A DNA stretch of 64,000 bases from Peptococcaceae bacterium UBA4068 (GCA_002382665.1 DFZA01000009.1:294495-358494); one strand, 5' to 3'. Counted from the first letter of the stretch, positions 51,097-60,040 are shown. Notes: a model not told the origin generated them from the letters alone. Translations and numbers: made by a program.

Positions 51097-51275
51097 AAGC
51101 CGCTAGTTGCGGCTTCAGACTGTCAAAAAAGTGTTCAGCGGGCCGAGAAACGAGCGAGACCAGGCGCGTTCGAAACCGGCGACGCAGGCGCATAAAAGAT
51201 GCGTCGAGGAGACGGGGACGGACACAACGACGTATCGCGAAGTTTATCGACACGCTGAAGCCACTAGTTGCGGCT
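51097..51275 (+). repeat. Multi-copy intergenic element (core 51116-51257) flanked by a 19 bp direct repeat of the terminator hairpin AAGCC(G/A)CTAGTTGCGGCTT
   Basis: 5' GACTGTCAAAAAAGTGTTCAGCGGGCCGAGAAACGAGCGAGACCAGGCG ... 3' ACGACGTATCGCGAAGTTTATCGACACGCTGA. The hairpin copy at 51097-51115 carries the A7 run (a U run on the minus strand). Confidence 0.85.
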
Positions 51276-51301
51276 TGGTGTTATCGGGTTTATTGGGTTA
51301 A

Positions 51302-52249
51302 TTAATTACTTATGATACTCTGGTAAGCATTGATAGCAAATGAATCTGTCATACCGGCAATATAATCTACCGTGTTATCATACTCATCGGAAGGTACTAC
51401 CGGTAATGTTGCATAGTAATCATAAAGGGCATTTATAATCTGCCAAATCTTCTTTTCTTCTTTTTGCGCCTCAGGCCGAAAATAAACAGCATCAAAAAGA
51501 AACTCTCTGAGTTGATCCATGGCAAAAGCCACTGGTTCGGTCATGGTTATCTTTTGTTTACCCGAACTGGCCATTATTACATCGGTAACCATGCTGTTAA
51601 TCCGTGAACTGTGATTATCCCCCAACAGTACTGTCGGTACAGTCGGCAGTTGGGTTCTGGCAATAATTCCGGCGCGCAGCGCATCATCAATATCATGATT
51701 GATATAAGCAATGCGATCGGAGAGGCGCACTACTTCACCCTCAAGAGTTGAAGGCTCATCGCTGCCGCTATGATTTAAAATACCGTCGCGTACTTCGAAA
51801 CTAAGATTAAGGCCTTTGCCATTGCGTTCTAAAACATCTACAACCCGCAGGCTTTGTTGATTATGAGTAAACCTAGGAACTAAAGCTGCCAGCGCTCTTT
51901 CACCGGCGTGACCAAAAGGTGTATGCCCCAAATCATGACCCAGCGCGATTGCTTCAGTTAAATCTTCATTAAGGCTTAAAGCGCGGGCAATAGTACGAGA
52001 GATCTGCGATACCTCAAGCGTATGAGTCAAACGAGTACGGATATGGTCGCGAGCCGGATTGATAAAAACCTGTGTTTTGTGTTTGAGCCGGCGAAAAGCA
52101 TTTGAATGAATAATACGGTCACGGTCTCGCTGAAAAACAGTGCGGATTGGGCATTCGTCTTCGGGAATAACTCTCCCCTTGCTTTGAACACTTTTAGTCG
52201 CATAGGGGGAGAGGATTTGCTGCTCTATACGCTGCCAGTCTTCACGCAA
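51302..52249 (-). CDS. dGTPase-like HD-domain phosphohydrolase
   Basis: HD motif (HDLGHTPFGHAGE). 315 aa, short form of the Dgt family. Confidence 0.75.
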   Translation of the reverse strand: MREDWQRIEQQILSPYATKSVQSKGRVIPEDECPIRTVFQRDRDRIIHSNAFRRLKHKTQVFINPARDHIRTRLTHTLEVSQISRTIARALSLNEDLTEAIALGHDLGHTPFGHAGERALAALVPRFTHNQQSLRVVDVLERNGKGLNLSFEVRDGILNHSGSDEPSTLEGEVVRLSDRIAYINHDIDDALRAGIIARTQLPTVPTVLLGDNHSSRINSMVTDVIMASSGKQKITMTEPVAFAMDQLREFLFDAVYFRPEAQKEEKKIWQIINALYDYYATLPVVPSDEYDNTVDYIAGMTDSFAINAYQSIISN

Positions 52250-52275
52250 GTTGCTTCACCTCATTTAGTTTTTTA

Positions 52276-52689
52276 TCAGCTTTCTTCACTGATAACAACA
52301 TTCTGGCCTTGCAGTTTGCTATCAGCAATAAACTGATTTAGCGCCTGTTTAGGAATTATATAATGGCGACCGCATTTAACTGCGGGCAACTTACCGCTGC
52401 GTACCAAGTTAATTAAAAAAGCATAACTTAACGGCAATATTTCCATAATTTCTTTTATGGTATAGCCATCGGTCGGTTGGCGGTGTTGCTCAGCATAATC
52501 AGCGGCATCGTTGACATCAACCAAATATTTGCGCCCGACCCGGTAGGCATGAAGACGACCATTTTCTATTTCGCGCCTAACCGCGCCGTATGAATTACCG
52601 GCCAAGATTGCGACCTGTTTTAGGGTTAAATATTGTTCTTTCATATTCTCGCATCCCGCTATAATGACGTTATGCATTAGCATATGCAA
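52276..52689 (-). CDS. tandem excisionase/MerR-type HTH DNA-binding protein
   Basis: Two HTH_17-like repeats: LTLKQVAILAGNSYGAVRREIENGRLHAYRVGRKYLV and YTIKEIMEILPLSYAFLINLVRSGKLPAVKCGRHYII. The start may be the internal ATG at 52644. Confidence 0.6.
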   Translation of the reverse strand: MHMLMHNVIIAGCENMKEQYLTLKQVAILAGNSYGAVRREIENGRLHAYRVGRKYLVDVNDAADYAEQHRQPTDGYTIKEIMEILPLSYAFLINLVRSGKLPAVKCGRHYIIPKQALNQFIADSKLQGQNVVISEES

Positions 52690-52781
52690 ACAGGAAACGA
52701 AATAGACGCATATTAACAGATATTAGTATTAATAAACTAAACCCAGCAATCTCAGTATAAAACAAAGAACATCTTTCTTAA

Positions 52782-54323
52782 TTATTGGAGCAAGCGTGCT
52801 AACATAGCGGCAAATTCGCCTCTTGTGACATTACTATTGGGGCGATAACTTCTATCAGGGTAGCCTTGACAAATACCTTGGGAAGCTAAAATATCTATAA
52901 CATTTGTCGCCCAATAATTATCACTAATATCAGTAAAATTATATTTATTAATTCCCTTTGATAATTGGAAATAATTAACTAATATCTGCGCCAGTTCGGC
53001 ACGGGTTACCGGGTTGTCCGGGCGAAAACTACCGTCAGGATAGCCCTTAACCCAACCTGCAGCCTGGGCGACGCCAATCGCGTCGTACGCCCAATGATTA
53101 GTACTGACATCAGTAAAAGTGGAACTAAAGCTACTGTCAACACCTTTAATTCGTGATAACATGGCAACCAATTGAGCACGGGTTAACTTATTATCAACGC
53201 CAAATAGTCCGTCTCCGACGCCATTAATTGTTAGGTTAGGCAAATTATAAAGATACATTATCGACGATTCTGCCCAATGACCTTCAATATCGTTAAATGG
53301 TACGGCGTCGCTGCCAAAACTTAAACTGGCCGTAAAATCTATCGCTAAATCACTACCATATGAAGAATAACTGATCGTATCGGGTGATTCCTGACCTTGC
53401 CGATAGAAAATATAACGGCGTTCACTGGAAACATTGGCAAAATAATCCCAATCAATATAACGGTTAGTCTGGTCACCAACTGTAAACGAATAGGTAAAAG
53501 TCGGGTCGCAAACAATCCAGCCAATATCCTTTATATAAAACTCGACCCAGGTATGTCGCAAAGTATTGAGCATTACTCTGCCCTGGTCATCAATATAATC
53601 ATTATTCAGATGCTCAGAGGGTATATAAAGATATCCGCTAAGCAGACGCGCCGGAATTCCTTGCGTACGCAGACAGGCAACTAATAATTCACTGTAATCT
53701 TCGCAAACACCACGACCGCTAAGCAGAGCATTAAGCGCTCCTTTATTGGCGTTTTCATCATTAGCGTAAGTCATATGGAGATTGACAGCAGAAAAGAGCT
53801 TTTTTGCCATCAGATAAGGATTGGTTTCACTACCAACTGCTTGTTTGGCGAAACTGATTATCTGTTTGTTATCGCTTTCAATACCGGTTTCCGGTTCAAG
53901 ATATTTACTTAGCGTCTCACTTGGCTGCAAAATATTTATAGCTGACGTATCTATATTATAACTAATGCTATAAGTAGATAGAGCATGTTTCTGGATAATG
54001 GTGACGCTTTGTCCGGCGGCTAGTGAATCAATATAATAAACAGCTTCCCTATGACCATTTTTATCAACCTTAATCTTAGATGGCCAGGGAGATAATTGCT
54101 CGATTTGCAGATTAATGTAGTCAGGCGTCGTCTCGTCCATCAGCGGCACAGAAACTGTGATATCAAAAGCAGTAAGTTTTCCGTTGTTGCTGACTTTGAT
54201 TTCATGGTTGAGAGTATAGACCCATTCGTTGTTGTAATTTATATGAGCATTATCAGCCGCCGATGCCGGTACCGACATCAGTAAGATTAGTCCCATAATA
54301 AATAAAAATATTTTTTTCGGCAT
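52782..54323 (-). CDS. secreted transglutaminase-like cysteine protease domain protein with three C-terminal SLH domains
   Basis: Signal peptide, TGase core GVCEDYSELLVACLR...H...D, and three SLH repeats (FNDIEGHWA..., FTDVSTNHWA..., FTDISDNYWA...). Confidence 0.75.
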   Translation of the reverse strand: MPKKIFLFIMGLILLMSVPASAADNAHINYNNEWVYTLNHEIKVSNNGKLTAFDITVSVPLMDETTPDYINLQIEQLSPWPSKIKVDKNGHREAVYYIDSLAAGQSVTIIQKHALSTYSISYNIDTSAINILQPSETLSKYLEPETGIESDNKQIISFAKQAVGSETNPYLMAKKLFSAVNLHMTYANDENANKGALNALLSGRGVCEDYSELLVACLRTQGIPARLLSGYLYIPSEHLNNDYIDDQGRVMLNTLRHTWVEFYIKDIGWIVCDPTFTYSFTVGDQTNRYIDWDYFANVSSERRYIFYRQGQESPDTISYSSYGSDLAIDFTASLSFGSDAVPFNDIEGHWAESSIMYLYNLPNLTINGVGDGLFGVDNKLTRAQLVAMLSRIKGVDSSFSSTFTDVSTNHWAYDAIGVAQAAGWVKGYPDGSFRPDNPVTRAELAQILVNYFQLSKGINKYNFTDISDNYWATNVIDILASQGICQGYPDRSYRPNSNVTRGEFAAMLARLLQ

Positions 54324-54450
54324 ACATCCCTCCGGTTTTGTTTTATTCTATTAAGACGGTTACATTCCTGCTGGTGTTCCATTATTGGTAAAAATGTCCA
54401 AAATGGCAAAAAAATGACGAAGCCAAGGCTCCGTCATTTTGGTATTGAAT

Positions 54451-55878
54451 TTATACCGGGCAATAGTCGACTTTCTCTTTACTTGCAGTATCACCGCTAT
54501 TAACAAGATCGTACTCTACTTTTGTTTTTCCAGCCATTCTATCTTTGAGGAATTTAGTGCCAATCGGCGGAAACATAATATACAAAAGCAGATCTTCAGG
54601 TGACTCTATCCAATTGCCGATCTCTTTCTTTGCTTCTTCAAGCTGCGGCGGAATCAAATCAGCCGGACGGCAGGTGATGTATTCGTTATCGCCCAAAATC
54701 TTGGCTTTAACTTCCGGATCCATCTCTCCGGGCGGCTGGCCGTAATGTCCGGCCACATAGCTTTTAACTTCGTTAATTACCTGACGGTAGCGCTCGCCCG
54801 TTAAAACATTCATCAACGCCTGAGTACCAACAATCTGGCTGCTGGGGGTTACCAGCGGCGGATAACCTAAGTCTTTTCGTACCCGCGGTACTTCAGCCAT
54901 AACTTCATCAAGTTTATCAATTGCATTGGCAGCTTCCAACTGTGAAATGAAGTTGGATATCATGCCACCAGGGATTTGATAAGTAAGAACATGTGGATCG
55001 ACACGAGGATCGGTATGGTCGAAAGATGCATACTTACTGCGAATGGCTTTCATTTGGGAAGCAATCGGCGAAATTTTCGCCAAATCGAGACCGGTGTCAT
55101 ATTTGGTGCCTTTGAAAGCGGCGACCATCGTTTCGGAAGCCGGCTGAGAAGTAGCCAAGGCCATGCTGGAAACAGAGCAATCTATAATATCGCAACCGGC
55201 TTCAACAGCTTTCAAATAAGCCATTGAGGCCATACCGGTAGTATAGTGGCAATGCAGCTCGATTGGCAGACCTGTCGCTTCTTTAATGCCTTTAACAAGA
55301 TCGTAAGCCCCATAGGGGAAGATGATTCCGGCCATATCTTTGATGCAGATTGAGTCAGCGCCCATATCACGTAACCGAACGCATTTTTTGATATACGCAT
55401 CAATATTGTGAATCGGACTGTTGGTATAAGAAATAGCTGCCTGAGCATGCGCGCCCTCTTTCTTAGTAGCTTGCAGCGCCCGTTCGATATTGCGAATATC
55501 GTTAAGTGCATCAAAAATACGAATGATATCAATACCGTTTCCTACCGAACGTTTAACAAATTCATCAACAACATCATCGGCATAGTGACGATAACCAACC
55601 AAGTTTTGGCCGCGTAAAAGCATCTGCAGCTTGGTGTTGGGTATCGCCTTGCGTATTTTCCGTAAACGTTCCCATGGATCCTCATTGAGATAACGCATGC
55701 AAGAGTCAAAAGTAGCTCCGCCCCATACCTCAAGCGAATGATAGCCGACTTTATCCATCTGGCCTGCTACCGATAAAATATCCTCCGTGGTTAAACGAGT
55801 GGCAAACAACGACTGGTGGGCATCACGGAATGTTGTATCGCAAATTAAAACCTTATGTCCGGTTGTTTCAACCATCAA
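54451..55878 (-). CDS. carboxyltransferase 5S-type subunit (oxaloacetate decarboxylase alpha / pyruvate carboxylase subunit B family) without a biotinyl domain
   Basis: TIM-barrel HMGL-like N-terminus (ICDTTFRDAHQS) plus the conserved C-terminal domain. No AMKM biotinylation motif. Confidence 0.75.
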   Translation of the reverse strand: MMVETTGHKVLICDTTFRDAHQSLFATRLTTEDILSVAGQMDKVGYHSLEVWGGATFDSCMRYLNEDPWERLRKIRKAIPNTKLQMLLRGQNLVGYRHYADDVVDEFVKRSVGNGIDIIRIFDALNDIRNIERALQATKKEGAHAQAAISYTNSPIHNIDAYIKKCVRLRDMGADSICIKDMAGIIFPYGAYDLVKGIKEATGLPIELHCHYTTGMASMAYLKAVEAGCDIIDCSVSSMALATSQPASETMVAAFKGTKYDTGLDLAKISPIASQMKAIRSKYASFDHTDPRVDPHVLTYQIPGGMISNFISQLEAANAIDKLDEVMAEVPRVRKDLGYPPLVTPSSQIVGTQALMNVLTGERYRQVINEVKSYVAGHYGQPPGEMDPEVKAKILGDNEYITCRPADLIPPQLEEAKKEIGNWIESPEDLLLYIMFPPIGTKFLKDRMAGKTKVEYDLVNSGDTASKEKVDYCPV

Positions 55879-56043
55879 ATTACCTCCTTAAGTCGATATG
55901 AAATTTCACAAGAAAAAGCGCGGCGGCGTTAATATGAAATTAACGCATACCGGCGTCGTTTAGACTATAACATATATACTGTAAAAAGAAAAATTATAAT
56001 TATAATCAAACAATTTGAAATATTATGAGCGATTTTAGCATGA

Positions 56044-56526
56044 TTATATAAATCCGAATTTTTTATTTAGCGCTTCCATAACAACCGGTGGCACCATGTC
56101 ATCAATGCAGCCTTTTAAAGCCGCGCTGCGTTTGATTAAACTGGAGCTGATATACAGATATTCAGCAGCGCTCATCAAGAAAACGGTTTCGATTGCCGGC
56201 TGCATTTTTTTATTGAGCAACGCCATCTGGAACTCTTTTTCAAAATCTGATACAGCGCGCAGACCACGGACGATAACGCTTGCTTTCTTTTCCATACAAA
56301 AATCCACAAGCAGACCTTCAAAAGGCTCTACGCTGACATTAGGCAGATGGTTTACGACCTGCCTGACTAAATTGCAGCGTTCCTCAAGAGTAAATAAAGG
56401 TTCTTTATAGTTATCCTCGGCAACGGCGACTATTACATTACTGAAAATATGAGAGGCGCGTTCCGCGATGTCCAAATGGCCGTAGGTAATCGGATCGAAA
56501 GTTCCCGCGTATACGACAGTTTTCAT
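56044..56526 (-). CDS. coaD: phosphopantetheine adenylyltransferase
   Basis: GTFDPITYGH nucleotidyltransferase motif, 160 aa. Confidence 0.9.
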   Translation of the reverse strand: MKTVVYAGTFDPITYGHLDIAERASHIFSNVIVAVAEDNYKEPLFTLEERCNLVRQVVNHLPNVSVEPFEGLLVDFCMEKKASVIVRGLRAVSDFEKEFQMALLNKKMQPAIETVFLMSAAEYLYISSSLIKRSAALKGCIDDMVPPVVMEALNKKFGFI

Positions 56527-56580
56527 AATTATTACTCCTTTAAAAACACTATGATACAGTATGTTGTCTGCAATAGTCTG

Positions 56581-57153
56581 TTATAAGAGTTTATTGACAA
56601 GATCTCTCAACAATTCAAGATCTTGCCGGTAAACATCGTTCAACTTTTGATTGTAGATTACAGCAGCCGGATGATAAAGCGGAAACAATGTTATTTTTTC
56701 CCGTTCAACCGATAATATCCGCCCATGATAATCGCCAAGACGGGGGTTTCGGCCAACAAAGTGAGTTAACGGAACCGCTCCCAATGTCACTATTAAACGC
56801 GGCTTTATTAAAGCCAGCTCCTGTTCCAGCCATTTGCGACATAATGCAATCTCGGTCTGCAAAGGTTTACGGTTGATCAGGCCGCGTTTGCCGACGGCAG
56901 TCGGCCGGCATTTGACAGTATTAGTGATATAAAGCTGATTCCTATTAATTCCCGTTGCTGAAAAAAACTGATCAAGCTGCTGACCGGCCTTACCGACAAA
57001 GGGCCTCCCGAGTTTATCCTCTTCCCCTCCAGGGGCTTCGCCGATTAAGAAAACAGGAGAATAAATATCTCCGGCGCCGCAAACCACTTGCGTACGGTTT
57101 TGGCAAAGACCGCAACCTTTACAGGCCGTCAGTTGTCTGCGCAGCTCATCCAT
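56581..57153 (-). CDS. uracil-DNA glycosylase family 4
   Basis: Fe-S cluster Cys motif C.GC.LC, GEAPG and F.GKAG motifs. Confidence 0.85.
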   Translation of the reverse strand: MDELRRQLTACKGCGLCQNRTQVVCGAGDIYSPVFLIGEAPGGEEDKLGRPFVGKAGQQLDQFFSATGINRNQLYITNTVKCRPTAVGKRGLINRKPLQTEIALCRKWLEQELALIKPRLIVTLGAVPLTHFVGRNPRLGDYHGRILSVEREKITLFPLYHPAAVIYNQKLNDVYRQDLELLRDLVNKLL

Positions 57154-57268
57154 TAAATTTCTCCGATTTTCTCATTTATTGTTAATTAATGTCCCCTGAA
57201 CAAAACAAAAACTAAAGCAAATCGAAGCATGCGTGAGCATCTTTCAAGTTTAGGCGTTTTTGATTTTT

Positions 57269-57418
57269 CCAAGTGCAAAACTTTGCACTTGGTGGGGCGT
57301 TTTTTTAAAAGCGCCGGTTCAGTGAGACATCAATGAGTGCTGCACAGATTGAAAACGGTACGTTTTCAATCTTTTACGCGGCTTCTGCCGCGTGAACAAA
57401 CCGAAAATCGGTTTGTTC
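57269..57418 (-). other. Cluster of five consecutive perfect hairpins in the udg 5' leader
   Basis: Minus-strand order: GAACAAACCG-N5-CGGTTTGTTC (57394-57418), CGCGGC-N4-GCCGCG (57377-57392), TTGAAAACG-N3-CGTTTTCAA (57349-57369), GGCGC-UUUUAAAAAAA-GCCCC (57291-57315), CCAAGTGCAAA-N2-TTTGCACTTGG (57269-57292). Confidence 0.6.
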
Positions 57419-57429
57419 AGTAGACACTC

Positions 57430-57458
57430 ATTATATTATAATAGCAAGAGCAAGTCAA
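57430..57458 (-). promoter_or_regulatory. Consensus sigma-A type promoter TTGACT-17-TATAAT reading toward udg
   Basis: Minus strand TTGACTtgctcttgctattataaTATAAT. Perfect -10, near-perfect -35, 17 nt spacer. Confidence 0.6.
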
Positions 57459-57491
57459 AATTTAAAGTGGGATGTTTTATCACCTCACTAA

Positions 57492-57633
57492 GACTGTCAA
57501 AAAACGCACAGCGAGCCGAGAAACAAGCGAGACCAGGCGGCAGGGAGAGCCTGCTAGGGGACGCACTAAAACGTACGTGACCAACGCCGGGGCTTCCGAC
57601 AACGACGTATCGCGAAGTTTATCGACACGCTGA
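57492..57633 (+). repeat. Multi-copy intergenic element with a divergent core, downstream of argG
   Basis: 5' GACTGTCAAAAAACGCACAGCGAGCCGAGAAACAAGCGAGACCAGGCG, 3' CGACAACGACGTATCGCGAAGTTTATCGACACGCTGA. The core is replaced by unrelated GC-rich sequence. Confidence 0.8.
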
Positions 57634-57656
57634 GTGGGGCGTTTTTAACGCCCCAC
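57634..57656 (-). terminator. argG 3' hairpin GTGGGGCGTT-N3-AACGCCCCAC without a U tail, abutting the element
   Basis: Perfect 10 bp stem directly after the argG stop. A degenerate similar sequence (AAAGTGGGATGTTTTATCACCTCACT) lies on the other side of the element at 57465-57490. Confidence 0.5.
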
Positions 57657-57673
57657 TTTATTAATAGTTGCTA

Positions 57674-58870
57674 CTACTTACCCTGCATTAAAGCTCTTAC
57701 TTTGAGCGGTAAACCAAAGAGATTGATGAATCCTTCGGCATCCTTTTGATTATAAACATCGTCTTCATCAAAAGTCGCCATCTCTGCATTGTAAAGCGAA
57801 TAAGGACTTTTGATACCGGCAACGGTGCAACTGCCTTTATAGAGCTTCATCTTAACAGTACCGGTAACAGTCTCCTGAGTTTTAGCGACAAAAGCGTCAA
57901 GCGCTTCTCTTAAGGGCGAGAACCAAACGCCATCATAAACCAAATCGGCGTAACGCAAAGCAACTTCGGCCTTGAAATGAGATGTCACTCTGTCAAGGCA
58001 GATGGTTTCCAGAGACGAATGGGCGTCGTAAAGAATCGTTCCGCCGGGTGTTTCATAAACGCCGCGTGACTTCATACCCACGAGACGGTTTTCTACCATA
58101 TCAGCAATGCCAACGCCATTGGCCGCACCGATCTTATTCAGATAACCAAGTAACTTAGCGGCGGAAAGAGCTTGTCCGTCAACTTTGACCGGAGTTCCCT
58201 GTTCAAATTCGATTTCAACAAAGGTGGGTTTGTCGGGAGCTTGTTCCGGCGGCGTACAAATCAGGTATAACGAATCCTGAGGCATATTCCAGGGATCTTC
58301 AAGATCGGCGCCTTCATGAGAAAGATGCCAAATATTGCGGTCCATACTGTAAGGCACTTTTTTAGTTACCGGCACGGGAATGTTATGCGCGGCGGCATAA
58401 TCGATGGCCTGGTTACGGGAACGGATATCCCATTCACGCCAGGGAGCAATAATCTTCATCTGCGGCGCTAAAGCTTTGATCGCCAGCTCAAAACGAACCT
58501 GGTCGTTACCTTTGCCGGTGCAGCCGTGACATACGGCGTCACAGCCTTCCTGTTTGGCGATTTCCACCAGATAACGGGCTAGCAATGGACGGGCAAAAGA
58601 GGTGCCGAGCAGGTATTTGTCTTCATATATCGCACCGGCCTTTAAGGTCGGAAACACGAAATCGGAAACAAATTCCTCAACCAGATTGCCGATGAAGAAT
58701 TTCGAGGCTCCTGATGCCAACGCTTTTTTCTCCAGCGGTGCGGTCTCGTCGCCTTGGCCGACGTCACCGCAGACCGCGATAACTTCACAGCCGTAATTTT
58801 CTTTGAGCCACGGAATGATAATTGAGGTATCAAGACCGCCGCTATACGCTAATGCAACTTTTTTAACCAT
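57674..58870 (-). CDS. argG: argininosuccinate synthase
   Basis: N-type ATP pyrophosphatase motif AYSGGLDTS, 398 aa. Confidence 0.95.
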   Translation of the reverse strand: MVKKVALAYSGGLDTSIIIPWLKENYGCEVIAVCGDVGQGDETAPLEKKALASGASKFFIGNLVEEFVSDFVFPTLKAGAIYEDKYLLGTSFARPLLARYLVEIAKQEGCDAVCHGCTGKGNDQVRFELAIKALAPQMKIIAPWREWDIRSRNQAIDYAAAHNIPVPVTKKVPYSMDRNIWHLSHEGADLEDPWNMPQDSLYLICTPPEQAPDKPTFVEIEFEQGTPVKVDGQALSAAKLLGYLNKIGAANGVGIADMVENRLVGMKSRGVYETPGGTILYDAHSSLETICLDRVTSHFKAEVALRYADLVYDGVWFSPLREALDAFVAKTQETVTGTVKMKLYKGSCTVAGIKSPYSLYNAEMATFDEDDVYNQKDAEGFINLFGLPLKVRALMQGK

Positions 58871-58941
58871 TACTGTAACCTCCTAATGATTTTGTTTATA
58901 TATCAAACTAAAAAACAACATCGAGAAACAAAATATATATT

Positions 58942-59082
58942 GAGACTGTCAAAAAGTGTTCAGCGTGCTGAGAAACGAGTGAGACCAGGCGCGGTCGAAA
59001 CCGGCGACGCAGGCGTATAAAGATACGTCGAGGAGACGGTGCTGACCGCAACGACGTATCGCGAAGTTTATCGACACGCTGA
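58942..59082 (+). repeat. Multi-copy intergenic element between argG and argF
   Basis: GAGACTGTCAAAAAGTGTTCAGCGTGCTGAGAAACGAGTGAGACCAGGCGCGGTCGAAACCGGCGACGCAGGCGTATAAAGATACGTCGAGGAGACGG...ACGACGTATCGCGAAGTTTATCGACACGCTGA. Flanked by ATATAT(T) on both sides. Ends 5 nt from the argF stop. Confidence 0.85.
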
Positions 59083-59086
59083 TATA

Positions 59087-60040
59087 TTATTTATCCTGCA
59101 TAATCAAGGCCATTACCGCCATTTGCGCAAACAGGCGGTTCTCCGCCTCATCGAACACTACCGACTGCGCGCCCTCTATTACTTCGTCGGTAATTTCCAA
59201 GCCGCGCTTGGCAGGCAGGCAGTGCAGCACAATTGCATCCTTCTTGGCGACGGACAACAACTTATCATTAAGCTGGTAAGATTGCAGCGCTTTGATCCTC
59301 TTTTCCGCTTCGGCTTCCTGCCCCATACTGGCCCAGACATCGGTATATAACACATCGGCGCCTTGGGCGGCCGCCAGCGGGTCGGCAATTACTTTAACGG
59401 AACCGCCGTTTGCTAATGCATCTTTAGTCGCCAGCTCAAAAATATGCTGATCCGGCTGATAACCTTCCGGAGAAGCAATCACAACCTCCATGCCAAGTTT
59501 GGCGCCGGCAAACATCAGTGAATGCGCCATGTTATTACCGTCGCCGAAATAGACCATTTTCAAGCCTTTGAGTTCGCCTTTGTGTTCACGAATCGTCTGC
59601 ACATCAGCTAAAGCCTGACAAGGATGCAACAAATCGGTGAGGCCGTTAATTACCGGGATATCGGCAAACTGTGCCAATTCCAAAACATCGTCATGACTAA
59701 AGGTCCGGATCATAATACCGTTTAGGAAACGCGATAGGGTACGCGCCGTGTCTTTGATCGGTTCACCGCGGCCAATCTGCAAATCGGCTGCGGAAAGGAA
59801 CAGACCGACGCCGCCCAGGTAATAAATGCCGGTCTCAAATGAAACACGGGTACGGGTTGAATTTTTTAGGAAAATCATTCCCAGCGTTTTGCCCTGCAAA
59901 TAATTAATCGCCTGACCGGCCTTTTTTTCTCGCTTTATATGATCGGCGACATCAAGCATATAGACGATGTCTTCATGGGAAAAGTCGTGCAGCGTGATAA
60001 AATCCTTGCCGGCAAATTTTTTGTCCAGTTTCATCATCAT
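59087..60040 (-). CDS. argF: ornithine carbamoyltransferase
   Basis: STRTR, HCLP and SMG motifs, 317 aa. Confidence 0.9.
   Translation of the reverse strand: MMMKLDKKFAGKDFITLHDFSHEDIVYMLDVADHIKREKKAGQAINYLQGKTLGMIFLKNSTRTRVSFETGIYYLGGVGLFLSAADLQIGRGEPIKDTARTLSRFLNGIMIRTFSHDDVLELAQFADIPVINGLTDLLHPCQALADVQTIREHKGELKGLKMVYFGDGNNMAHSLMFAGAKLGMEVVIASPEGYQPDQHIFELATKDALANGGSVKVIADPLAAAQGADVLYTDVWASMGQEAEAEKRIKALQSYQLNDKLLSVAKKDAIVLHCLPAKRGLEITDEVIEGAQSVVFDEAENRLFAQMAVMALIMQDK

Noticed and set aside
51116-51257. Retron msr/msd ncRNA, suggested by the terminal inverted repeats TTCAGCGTG/CACGCTGAA resembling a1/a2
   Set aside because: There are five dispersed copies and no reverse transcriptase gene anywhere in the window. 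Retron ncRNAs are single-copy and RT-linked.
51060-51305. Tracker ORFs inside the repeat elements (51060..51305, 51107..51301, 59039..59350, 6520..6717) sharing ...TYREVYRHA...
   Set aside because: The shared peptide is just the conserved 3' module read in one frame. The variable cores break any common reading frame and there are no RBSs, so these are not coding.
6279-59082. Could the repeated elements be a CRISPR array or integron attC sites?
   Set aside because: Copies are tens of kb apart, not regularly spaced, with no repeat-spacer periodicity and no cas genes. The termini do not match attC R/L box consensus (GTTRRRY) and there is no intI.
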